Assembly (NCBI RefSeq): GCF_006345805.1
Contig: NC_042999.1
Location: 63,054,001-63,118,000, forward strand
Length of the DNA stretch: 64,000 nucleotides
DNA from: Octopus sinensis
Lineage: Eukaryota
Direction of reading: 5' to 3'
Shown here: piece by piece, positions 12,026 to 23,397 of the stretch
How positions within the stretch are numbered: the stretch's first letter is position 1
Layout: each line of letters starts with the position of its first letter
Program-made: the position numbers and the translations under genes
The notes under the pieces: model-generated
The model's database searches: none
Seen by the model: the letters and a program-made list of their open reading frames with translations, nothing else
What the model was told of the DNA's origin: nothing

Positions 12026-12068
12026 AGCAGAAACAATGTAAATATTTTGAGCTCCATATCAAATTTGA

Positions 12069-12433
12069 TGACTGGCGTCCGTGCTAGCGGGGTGCGAAGA
12101 GCACCATACGAGTGTGACCATTGACAGAGCGACTAACCGGCTTCCGTGCCAGTGGCACTTAAAAGACACCATTCGAGCATGATCATTACCAGCATTGCCA
12201 TACTGGCACCTGTGCAGGTGGCATGTGTAAAAGATTCAAGCGAGGTCATTGCCAGTACCGCCTGACTGACCTGTGCCGGTGGCACGTAAAAGCACCCACT
12301 ACACTCTCGGAGTGGTTGGCATTAGGAAGGGCATCCAGCTGTAGAAACTCTGCCAGATCAAGATTGAAGCCTGGTGCAGCCATCTGGTTCACCAGCCCTC
12401 AGTCATTCGTCCAATGACGAAACGACGATGATG
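12069..12433 (+). mobile_element. Repeat family B
   Basis: Family motif and tail. Confidence 0.8.
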
Positions 12434-12599
12434 TTAAAGCAGTTGTGGTATCCTTTAAATTTGAACTCGAAGCCATGTAGTTGGGAAGCAAACTTTTTAA
12501 CCACACAACCATGCTTACACCCTTATATATATCTATAAATGTATACATACATGCACAACATTACAAATATTACTGAAGTTGAGAGGAGCAAGGGCTTAC

Positions 12600-12716
12600 C
12601 TGATGCCACAGAATCCGTAATCTTAGTTCTAGTCATGGGAACAGGAGATTGGCGATTTAATTTCTTATAGTCCTTTCCTAAGGACCGACGAAAATGCTCC
12701 TCTGGATCACACATAC
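12600..12716 (-). CDS. VGLL4: VGLL4/Tgi internal coding exon, 117 nt, phase 1-1, TDU motif 1: (G)MCDPEEHFRRSLGKDYKKLNRQSPVPMTRTKITDSVAS
   Basis: Acceptor ttttacag (ct at 12717-12718); donor CAG|GTAAGC (ac at 12598-12599); EEHFRRSLGKxY matches the first TDU of VGLL4. Confidence 0.93.
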
Positions 12717-12891
12717 CTGTAAAATGGTAACAAATACATTTCAGATTTTCTGTAGTTGTAGGATTTTAAACAGATTAGGCATTCACTAATAGAATGGTTA
12801 ATCTGTTCTGTTGAAAAATTTGAAGAACTCAGACACCCAGTATATTTCAGATATTGAAAGCTTGGTAAGCTTCATGCTTTGACGACATCAT

Positions 12892-13262
12892 TACTCTTTT
12901 ACTTGTTTCAGTCATTTGACTGTGGCCATGCTGGAGCACTGCCTTTAGTCAAGCAAACTGACCCTGGGACTTATTCTTTGTAAGCCTAGTACTTATTCTA
13001 TCGGGCTCTTTCGCCGAACCGCTAAGTTACGGGGACGTAACACACCAGCATCGGTTGTCAAGAGATGTTGGGGCGGACAAACACAGACACACAAACGTAT
13101 ACTCACACATATATACAACGAGCTTCTTTCAGTTTCCACTCACAAGGCTGTGGTTGGCCTGAGGCTATAGAAGACACTTGCCCAAGGTGCCACGCAGTGG
13201 GACTGAACCCGGAACCATGTGGTTGGTAAGCAACCTACTTACCACATAGCCACTCCTATGCC
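12892..13262 (-). mobile_element. SINE family A
   Basis: Reverse complement of the taggagtggctgtgtggtaag...gactgaaacaagtaaaagag family. Confidence 0.88.
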
Positions 13263-13541
13263 TATAATTCATTGGTCAACTGAATAGTAAAACCTAATTC
13301 AGTTTTCATAAATAGATTACCTGTCCATTTTGATGTTTGTTTTCAGTATTTTAGTTAACCTTTGTTTCATACATTCTGAGTAATACAAAGCTTTCATTTA
13401 TTAAGTTCCAAGTTACTCTGGTAGTTGAAAAAATTGAGAATGTGTATCATATATGATGCATGGCTGCCAGGGAAACATGTTCTGTGTATCACATGTGATG
13501 TACAGGACAAGCAAAAGATTATGATAATTCAATTCTATATA

Positions 13542-13769
13542 TATTTCTTTACTACCCACAAGGGGCTAAACACAGAGGGGACAAACAAGGACAGATAAAT
13601 GGATTAAGTCAATTACATCGACCCCAGTGCGTAACTGGTACTTAATTTATCGACCCCGAAAGGATGAAAGGCAAAGTCGACCTCGGTGGAATTTGAACCC
13701 AGAACGTAACGGCAGACGAAATACAGCTATGCATTTCGCCTGGCTAACGTTTCTGCCAGCTCGCTGCCC
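13542..13769 (-). mobile_element. tRNA-head SINE family C
   Basis: 22-bp TSD TATGATAATTCAATTCTATATA (13520-13541, 13770-13791); reverse complement of the 34372 copy. Confidence 0.9.
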
Positions 13770-16682
13770 TATGATAATTCAATTCTATATAGTTGAGTGT
13801 CTAGAGCAGAGAAAGCGTAGGATTGTGACGGCCCTTTCTTCCTGACTCACTGAGAACCTGACAATCTTTCTAGTGCTGGTAGCACGAGAAAATGCACCCA
13901 TTTCATACTATAAAGCAATTGGTAATAACAAGGGAATTCAGCTATAGAAACCAAACCAAGATGACATTTACAAGTACAGCCCTATATTCAAAGAAGTCAT
14001 AAACTTCAAAGGAAGGTCTCATATAAGATTTCAATAATTACAGAAATACATGGATTTTCTTTTCTCTAAAGTGAAGGAGCTGAATTACTGATTTAAACTG
14101 ATTTAAACCAAGCTGTATACCAAAGGAGTGTGTAGACTGCAGCAGGCAGTCTATCTCTAAAACAGATTACTCTTCTAGTTTCAAAGGCAAACTAGTCTGC
14201 TGCTGGAGAGATACTACATTGCAAAAATGTCTTTCTTGAAGTAATATGCAAACTTCTAATTTGACAACAACCAGCCAGTCCATCTATGCAAACATGTAAA
14301 AATGCAAAACAGTCAGGGGAAAATATTCGGTCTTATTTTCAACTATGCTTGTAGCAGGCAATGTGCTGCTATGCATTTTACATTTTAGGTAATACTTCTT
14401 AAGCCTGGTTAATTCTAGATCCACATTCATTTCTCTTAAAATAATAAATAAAATAAGATAAAATAACAAAAAAATTCAGGTGTGAAGTGTAAAGACAAAA
14501 CAGGAAAACAACGAGGAAGTCGATGAGCAAGTCTTCAGCATGATATATAATTAGTGTAGCAAGGGTTAAAACAACATCTGACAAATTTTAACGAAGGTCT
14601 TTTGGATGCTGTTGGTAAGGTAGGTGGCAGTAAAGAAAGAAAGAAAGAAGGAAAGAAATTCCTGTAGTTTACAGTTTCTCAATACAAATTCTCAGGATAA
14701 CCATTTCAGAGCGGTACTAAATACCAGTGAACATACATGGCATTCTTGATATAATGAGCTAAAGTATTCAGTTACATTTTATATGGAAATATGCTTGCTT
14801 CAGAGAAGGAGAAAAACGGCAAAAACAACAAGATACCCTAAATGAAGAATTTATGCTATAGCGATTGATGCTGAAAACACAGATTTTTTTTTGTCAGCTT
14901 ACAGAAGTTAAGGCATTGCTAAGACAAGCAAGCACAGTTCTTAGATGAGTGACAATTTGAGCAATCCATCTAAAAACTAGTTAACCATAACAATTATATT
15001 ACTCCAGACCGCCTCAGTTTGTCATTGACACCACCACTACCATCACCACCACCACCTAAACTTCAGCTCCAAATATCACCAAACACACTGCTTCAAATAC
15101 ACCCCTACATTCAGTTATGAACATGACTGACACTACATCTTTAAATACCAAAACTAATACTGAATAGTATTCCAGTTAACTTACAATTAGTCTCACCATT
15201 TCTACATGGTGTGGTTTTCTTTCACATTCATAACCACAACATTCTTCTCACATTTTACTAGTTTATGGAAGTACTAACTCATAAAATCTTGGATAATAAT
15301 TTCTGATGAGAGAGAGAGAAAAAAAAAACTGAAAAAAACCGACAGATATAACAATTTCAACACAAATAAGTACAGGCGTGACGGTGTAGTTAGGAAATTT
15401 GCTTCCCAGCTATGACGCCTTGGGTTCAATCCAACTGTACTGCATCTTAGGCAAGTATCTTCTACAATAGCCTTGTAAGTGGATTTGCTACATGGAAACT
15501 GAAAGAATCCTGTTGTGTGAGTGTGTATGTATTAGAAAATGGAGAATAGGTAAGGGGTGTGTGAATATAATGAATGAAGAACAAATATGAGTTGTGGAAA
15601 AGTGGGAGAGAGTAGGGGATGACTGACAGCGCAGAAAAGAGGGTAGGGAGAGAGAGGCAGGTATAGTGTACGGGAGGGTGAGAAATGTATGATAATGGAG
15701 AAGGAGAGATAATTTAGTGGCTCAGAGAGGGGTCTTGATTTATGTAAAATGTGGGTGGAGAGAACTGTATTAAGGGTGAAGGAAGGATATCAAGTGAAAT
15801 GTTGTGGGTGGCAAGCAAATATTTAAATGTTCTTGGTGCAGGGAACCATCTGGCAGCATCTAAAGTTATAAAATAAATAATGCTGACCACTGGGAATAGT
15901 AAAAGTTTGGTAACCTAGTGCTAGAACAAAGCCGATGTTGAATTAAAGGAGCCACTAAGTGGTTGATTGATTTATAGATGTAGCAGTCAAATCCTTCTCA
16001 AATCACACTCTAGCATCTTCAATAAAACAGCCTGCTAATCATGCTTGGAATAGCTTTGATCATAGGTTTACTTGCGCCAGGTTAACCTGATGATGTTTGA
16101 AAGGGGAACAGATGAAGGTTGCTACTTATAGAAACAAATAGGTGCTTTTCTGTTTGTGTACTAAAAACAAACAACATTCATCGTCATCATTATTTTATCA
16201 TCTACTATTCTATGTTAGCATGGATCAAATAGAATTTGTTGAGATGGATTTTTTGCAGCCACATGCCCTTCCTGTCACCAACCCTCATCTATTTCCAAGT
16301 AATTTAATATTTCCTCATAAGCAGACATGTTTTTTTAGGGAAGATTGGAAACTGCTTGCATGATGTTGACACTCACAACTATCATGTTATGTCAAGGCAA
16401 AGTGACAGTAACACATACATAATATAACTCACAAAGCTTTGGTTACCCCAGTGCTATAGTTGAAGGTACATGCCTATGGTGCCACACAACAGGAGCGAAC
16501 CCAGAACCATATGGTTGGGAAGTAAACTTCTGACCACATAGCCACTCCTACAGCAATATTAGATGTTTAAAAAGTGAGGTCCTGTACGGCAATCAAGATT
16601 TTCTGCAGCAATTTGACAGAAAAGAGCTGGGTATGGTTAATCTTATGTACAAGTGACTTAAGAATGTCATTGGACAACAAGC

Positions 16683-16880
16683 ATATGTTTATAAAGTTAA
16701 TCCAAACATGAAAACACAACAACGCGAGGACGTGCAACAAATATAGTATTATTGGACGCTCAGGAAGGAAGGGAAGAAGGAGGGTTTTACGTTTCGAGCG
16801 GAGCTCTTCGTCAGAAACATAGGAAAAGGAAAGATCAGGGAAGGGAAGACGGAGGAAAAAAAATCGCCAACGGTACACAC
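16683..16880 (-). mobile_element. Penelope-like element terminal fragment carrying a hammerhead motif
   Basis: Minus strand reads CTGACGAAGAGC..GCTCGAAACGTA; a related gctcaggaa segment recurs near 36447 and 39240. Confidence 0.65.
16784..16818 (-). ncRNA. Minimal type I hammerhead ribozyme motif
   Basis: GUUU-CUGACGA-A-GAGC(UCC)GCUC-GAAAC-GUA-AAAC: stem I GUUU/AAAC, stem II GAGC/GCUC, palindromic ACGU stem III, GUA cleavage triplet. Confidence 0.75.
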
Positions 16881-17947
16881 ACAGTCAGAAGAAGATACAG
16901 ATGTAAACGCATGCAGAGAGATTGGGTGAAAAGTGTCTTGAGTTTATGATTTACAGTACTCATAAAATAAATCTTTAGTTAAATATATTCAATGAGAATT
17001 TTATATACTGAATTTACATTGAGTGCTCTATTGTATCAAAGTATTAATACTTTTAAGTATTTATGTATTTAATACGAGTAATTATATATATTTTATAATA
17101 TATTATTATTTATACAGATTAATATTAGGAAATCAATACCAGAAAATTCTTCAGAGAAATATATACGCGTGAAAAATAATTGTATCAAAAATATAAATAT
17201 ATGTAAATAAGTATAAGTATAAATATATAATGTATTTGACAGTTTAAAAGTTTTGAATTAAGTTTTTAAAGCATCTTATGATCGTTTCGCAGAAGTGCTG
17301 TCCCTATAATGGAATCCTATATTGGAAAGTATTTATAGACAACTCTTCTGCTCTTCAGAGATATAAAATTTGAATTTTGTATAATTTATCGAATGGTAAT
17401 TTAAAAAAAAATATGAAGTAATACTATAAAATGGTGTTTGTTTGAAATATAAATTAAAAATTAAGAATTACTGCTTTTGATTTTGGTAAGTACACTTTAG
17501 TGTGAGAGTCCTTAAATCCATATATACATTCTTGGTTAGTCTTCTGTAATAATCCATAATAGTTATGTGTAACATCCATTATATTGTCTTGTATTCCAAA
17601 TATAGTTCATAGACTTAGATAATATAGAAATATTATACTCATAAAATAAGAAGAAATTGTATCACAGCTAGATCTCAAAGAGTCAAGAGACAGTTGGCAA
17701 TGGCAGTAACCAATCTTTGAGAGGTGCCAAAAACTCTTGGACTCTTGAGTCACTATGTAACTTTTGCTGGTAGTTATAGGATGTTTCACAAGCAATCAGC
17801 TCTGAATGCACTGCTTCTTATAGCAGAAACAGCAGTAAACTAACGAAAGTGATTACACAACTCCTGTTCATTTAATTCAGTTCTATATTTAAAAGATAAG
17901 GAATTATTTACATTTGACGGATGTTTGTCCTCATCTTGTTTGTTGTT

Positions 17948-17993
17948 AACACAACGTTTCGGCTGATATACCCTTCAGCCTTCATCAGGTGTC
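17948..17993 (-). ncRNA. Minimal type I hammerhead ribozyme motif, intact core
   Basis: GACAC-CUGAUGA-A-GGCUGA(AGGGUAUA)UCAGCC-GAAAC-GUU-GUGUU. Confidence 0.7.
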
Positions 17994-18276
17994 TTGGGGA
18001 AATTTTGAACCTGGGTTCTTATTCCTAACGTATTTTTCGATATTATTATTATTATTTTTCAGGTCACTGCCTGGAACCAAACTCAGAATCTTAGGGTTTG
18101 TAGCCCACACTCTTAACCACTACACCCACGGGCATATGGCATAGTGGTTAAGAGTGCAGGCTACTAACCCCAAGATTTCAAGTTTGATTCCAGGCAATGA
18201 ACTGAATAATAATAATAGCGACAACAACATTGAAAAATACCTTAGGAATGAGAACCCAGGTTCGAAATTTCCCTAA

Positions 18277-18322
18277 GACACCTGATGAAGGCTGGAGAGT
18301 ATATCAGCCGAAATGTTGTGTT
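18277..18322 (+). ncRNA. Minimal hammerhead motif with stem III change (GAAAU)
   Basis: GACAC-CUGAUGA-A-GGCUG(GAGAGUAUAU)CAGCC-GAAAU-GUU-GUGUU. Confidence 0.6.
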
Positions 18323-19545
18323 AACAACAAATAAGATGAGGATAAATATCCATCAAATGTAAATAATGTCCTGTTCATTTGTCATATATTAATTAATATT
18401 ATGCTCTGTACCTGCCTAACATTTTACACCGAAGCATAGATATATTAAGTTTTAACAACTGGTTATTAGTTTCGCTATGCTTAAATGAAATCATAAAATA
18501 TGTATATATGTAAATTACTGCAAATAAAAATACTTTTCATGTAGAATGTACACATGGGTACATACTTAAACACACACGATACATATCTACACATTTACAA
18601 ATGATCACAGTAATAGAAGTTAATACATAAGTACAAAAGTTGTATGTGCAGGCAGAAACAACTATATATACGTTTGTGTGCGTAAGTGTGTTTACCTGGG
18701 CACTTGTGGAATGTTGCCAATTTCAACATGATTTATAGACTGAAGAGCTCTTATATAGACAAATGTCTATACTCTTGAATTTAAAACTGTTTTCTGCCGC
18801 AGCTCTTTAATTATGTTGTATAGTGTGTCATGATGGATAGCCATTTGTAACATGGAAAGTCTGTAAGCTTTTTGGCAAGCAGAGAAGTGGATGAAGAACT
18901 GGCAGACAAGAGCGGAAAGAAACAAGTGATGACACTAGATATATCTAGATTGAAATTATATTTCTTTGAAATGCAAGTTGTAGCTGGTTGAGTCAGTGAA
19001 GTGAAATTGGTTGAAATTTTGCTGCTTACCATATTTAGCAGTGAAGTGTCTATGACAACTATCAATAATTCAGTTCACCACTACCATCACCATCAATATT
19101 TTAATGTCCCCTTTTCCATGTTGAAATGGGTTTGATGGAATTTGCTGGGGCTGATTTTCTACAGTAGGCTGCCCTTGTTGTTGCCAACCTTCACCTGTTT
19201 CCAAGTGAGGTAATATTTCCCCCCAGTCAGACTGGAAACGATGGACACCAGTTGCATGATGGTAACACTCACAACTATCACACAATGCTAAGACAAAGAG
19301 ACACACACACACAATGGGCTTCTTTCAGTTTCCATCTACCAGATCCACTCACAAGTCTTTGGTTGGCCTGAGGCTATAGCAGAAGATACTTGCCCAAGGT
19401 GCCACACAGTGGGACCAAACTAGGAGCTATGTTTTTGGGAAGCAAACTTCTCAACTATACAGACACACCTGTACCCTTAAAGAATAAATGTAACAAAACA
19501 GAATAAAAAAAAAAGGGATTTTAATATTTTGATGTTAGATGTTGT

Positions 19546-19880
19546 GAAGGCGCATAGCTCAGTGGTTAGAGCATCGAGCTTATGATCGTAAGGTCATGAG
19601 TTCGAATCCCGAACTGGGCTGCGTGTTGTGTTCTTGAGCAAGACACTTTATTTCACGTTGCTCCAGTTAACTCAGCTGTAGAAATGAGTTGCGATGTGAC
19701 AGGTGCCAAGCTGTATTGGCCCCTTTGCCTTTCCCTTGGATAACACTGGTGGTGTGGAGAGGGAAGGCCAGTATTCATGGGCGACTGCTGGTCTTCCATA
19801 AACAACCTTGCCCTGACTTGTACCTGGGAGGGTAACTTTCTAGGTGCAATCCTACGGTCAGTCATGACCGAAGGGGCTCT
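19546..19880 (+). mobile_element. tRNA-head SINE family E, about 70 bp from the VGLL4 donor
   Basis: TAGCTCAGTGG A-box, GAGTTCGAATCC B-box, central tgtgttcttgagcaagacac core; inverted copy at 57765-58100. Confidence 0.88.
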
Positions 19881-19952
19881 CAGAAGATGTTGTATGCTTA
19901 TATGTACAATACACTGCATGTAACAATAGCAAGTTGTGAAACTTTGACTCAC

Positions 19953-20431
19953 CTGATGTAAGTTCTCGACGGCTTGGACTATGTGGCTGTACAAAGGTAT
20001 TCATGTTCGTATATCTATTGGCGAAGGCACAAGTTATCACAGATGGACGCAACTGCTGCTGTTGGGTAGACAGTGCTGAGGAATTGGCAGGTGAAGGGAT
20101 TGGAGAGGAGTTGTTGTTGTTGTTGTTGCTGTGGTGGTGGTGATGATAATGATGGCTGTTGGTGTTACTGTTGTTGTTGTTGTTATTGTTATTATTAATA
20201 CTATTGCTACTACTACCACCGCCACTGTTGTTGTTGTTGTTGTTGTTGTTGGAGACAGAGAGATTTAATGGAAGGTTTTCAGTATCCATATCGAGAGATT
20301 GAGAAAGACACTGTGAGACCATAGATGTTGACTGTTGCTGTTGATGGTGGTGTGATTGATGTGACTGATGGTATGGTTCAGCAATCATTACTACTTCGCC
20401 ATCACGGCTGAATTCAAAACTAGAAAATTGC
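19953..20431 (-). CDS. VGLL4: VGLL4/Tgi internal coding exon (phase 2 in, phase 1 out): QFSSFEFSRDGEVV...LPLNLS...poly-Asn/His...RPSVITCA...RRELTS(G)
   Basis: Long polypyrimidine tract and AG acceptor (ct at 20432-20433); donor CAG|GTGAGT (ac at 19951-19952); open frame within ORF 19858..20700; RPSVITCA matches the conserved VGLL4 motif (human NRPSVITCAS); phase fits the next exon. Confidence 0.92.
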
Positions 20432-20606
20432 CTGAAAAGAAAAAAGAAAAAAGAAAAAATGTAAACAAAATAACCACAGAATTTGCTGGATATGATGTAA
20501 GATCTGGATGCTGTTATTATGAGAAGATGTTTATGTGTACAATAAGTTTGGACGAGTCCTCTAGGTTCTAGATTCATAGAGTGAGTATATATATGTGTGT
20601 GTGTGA

Positions 20607-20667
<61 letters not shown>

Positions 20668-21166
20668 TATAGGGTAGCGAGTATTCATTATAAATATCAC
20701 TACCAGTGGTCTAACATGTATAAATAGTCAATAGACAAAATATTCATATTTTAAAAAGTGTACATTTAAACACAAGAGAAAACCACCTTTTAACAGGTCA
20801 TTTTTACATGCTAGAAATAGCAGCCAACACGGCCAAAACCATGATTTAATAGCAGATTTCGAAGGAACTGAAAAATAAAAGCTTTTATCTTGTTATTTTA
20901 ATATATATATATATATAAATAAAACAAGGGAAGAATGGAGTTGGTGGCATCACATTTCTTCCATGGTTTACAGCTGTTTCAACATGTAGGTAAATATATC
21001 ATTTAACAAGTTGATAAACATGAATGAAAGCAATGATTATATAACATTGATTGTATAATAATGATTATGAGTTCAAATTCTGCTGAGGTTGACCTTGCCC
21101 TGCATCCTTCTGGGGTCAATGAAATAAGCACCAGTTGAGAACTGGGTTCAATGTAATCGACTAACA

Positions 21167-21244
<78 letters not shown>

Positions 21245-21248
<4 letters not shown>

Positions 21249-21738
21249 CAAAATCAAAATGCGGGTGAAAAAATTGGATATTAATTTGATAACATCAATT
21301 TTAACATCAGTGGTCTAGCATATAAAAAAATTGAGATTCAGTAAATAATAATTCATACATAAATATAAGAGGGAATTTTTTAACCACTATGTGGAAACCC
21401 TTATGCTAGAAGAAGATCTGCTATGGTCTCAACCACTAAGAATTCTTCTCCAGAAAATTTAGCACACCAGAAACATAAGCAAGCAAGACAAATGAAAAAT
21501 AACAAAAATATAGATTAATCACAAACAATTGTTTCACTATCAATAAATTACATAATTTTACTTATACAATTTATCTGTAGGATCGTCAGTGTGATCCTCT
21601 TTGCAGGATGTAATTTGTAGAACTCCACGCCAGATATCAACACAAGGTTGAAAATGTATGTAGTTCCACCTATTATATTTGCAGTTATTTTCAAAAGTCT
21701 TCGTTTAGGGTTTCCACATAGAGGTTAAAAAATTCCCT

Positions 21739-21744
<6 letters not shown>
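21245..21744. repeat. Same family as 60424-60731, flanked by (TA)n, with only a 38-bp second arm
   Basis: 21364-21400 is inverted at 21707-21744. Confidence 0.75.
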
Positions 21745-21790
<46 letters not shown>

Positions 21791-21806
21791 TAAAAACAAC
21801 CAACAC

Positions 21807-21893
<87 letters not shown>

Positions 21894-22055
21894 AAGTGTT
21901 AATGAAAAAACTCTAGTATTATGCAATAAAGTGTGTTGCTCACTCCATTCTCCTTGTTTATATATAGGGTTGCCCAAAAGTCATCCAACTGTAAATCAAA
22001 ATTCCATAAATACTATCTGCAATTCTATATATATATATATATATATATAAAATAT

Positions 22056-22350
22056 CATCATCATTTAACGTACATTGTTCATGCTGGCATGGGTTGGATG
22101 GTTTGACTGGGCTGGCACATTGGAAGGTTGCACTAGGATACAGTCTTATTCGGCATGGTTTCTACAGCTTGATGCCCTTCCTAATGCCAACCACTCCGAG
22201 AGTGTAATCGGTGCTTTTATGTGCCACTGGCATGGGTGCCATTTGTGTGGCACTGGTATCTGCCATGACTGCGATTTGCTCAGCTTGATGAGTCTTCTTC
22301 TCAAGCATGACATAATGCCAAAGGTCTTGGCCATTGCCTCAGTGAGGCCC
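22056..22350 (-). mobile_element. Repeat family B
   Basis: (CAT)n start and reverse family motif. Confidence 0.8.
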
Positions 22351-23259
22351 AACACACACATACACACACACACACACACACACATAAGTGTAGAAGTAGA
22401 TTCCTATTTCTGCTTCATATTCAATCAGAAGAAATGATGGCATGGATTTAATTATATTGTTACACACATATATAATTTTGATGAATCCAAACAATAGAAT
22501 AAAAATAAACATCATTAATTAGGAAATAATTTTATTAGTTATTAGAAACATGAAGAAATTGGTAAATTATCTCATAGAGGATAGATTTCTTTTTTTTCTT
22601 TCTTAATAAGTAAGGTTGGTTCTTCTTAAACAACAAGATAAAAACAAAATTGACAAAAATAAGAGAGAGAGAAAGGAAGATGACGAATACACAGATGTAA
22701 GTATAGTTGTAACTGAGGTAGGTGAACAAGAATTACAAAGACATTCCTCTGTAAGAATTTGTTACTAGTTCTAAATACTTGGTGCTGGTGTAACACTAAC
22801 TACAGCAGAACAGAATAGTGGCTGTATATAATAGCAAGTAGCTAGAGATTTTCTGGTCTCCTAATTTTAGGGTTACAACCATGTCTAGAGAGGATTTTTA
22901 TTTACATTTTTAGGACGGAAAATATGTTATAGACAGGGGAGAAGTAACAGTTTGGACTAACTGTATGAGAGTGATCCATACGTCCATATTTTTAGCTCAT
23001 TAAAAAGGGCAATGGAGGAACATTCTGGTTCCTTTTACTTAAATCTGTTTAGGGGGTTTTTAAGTGCGGTTGCTTTTCATACACAGGTTCGGGAGGTTAA
23101 ATCATCCCTCTGACATTGCTACGAAGACTACTGTTATTAATAAAACCAGACAGCAAATATAGGAAAGGTTAAAATGACATTTGTAAGTTTGACTATATAT
23201 ATATATATATATGTGTGTGCATGTGTGTGTGTATGCATACATTACATATGTATGTCTAC

Positions 23260-23314
<55 letters not shown>

Positions 23315-23360
23315 ATATATATATAATATATATATATATATGAACACACAAAAGGTTAGA

Positions 23361-23397
<37 letters not shown>

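Larger units (their letters stand above)
17903..18367. mobile_element. Fold-back element: two head-to-head units, each a tRNA-like head plus a Penelope-type hammerhead tail
   Basis: 17903-18122 is a diverged reverse complement of 18142-18367; A-box TGGCATAGTGG (18137-18147); degenerate B-box AGTTTGATTCC (18181-18191); hammerhead motifs at 17948-17993 (-) and 18277-18322 (+). Confidence 0.85.

Noticed and set aside
16784-17993. Possible intramolecular double hammerhead formed by the two minus-strand motifs
   Set aside because: The stem I strands are not cross-complementary (GACAC versus AAAC).
19546-19620. tRNA-like sequence with A and B boxes
   Set aside because: It continues into a SINE body with a second copy at 57765-58100 and lacks a proper acceptor stem; not a tRNA gene.
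20432-20700. N-terminal extension of ORF 19858..20700 (MIFIMNTRYPICVCV...)
   Set aside because: Intronic microsatellite and polypyrimidine tract upstream of a clear acceptor.
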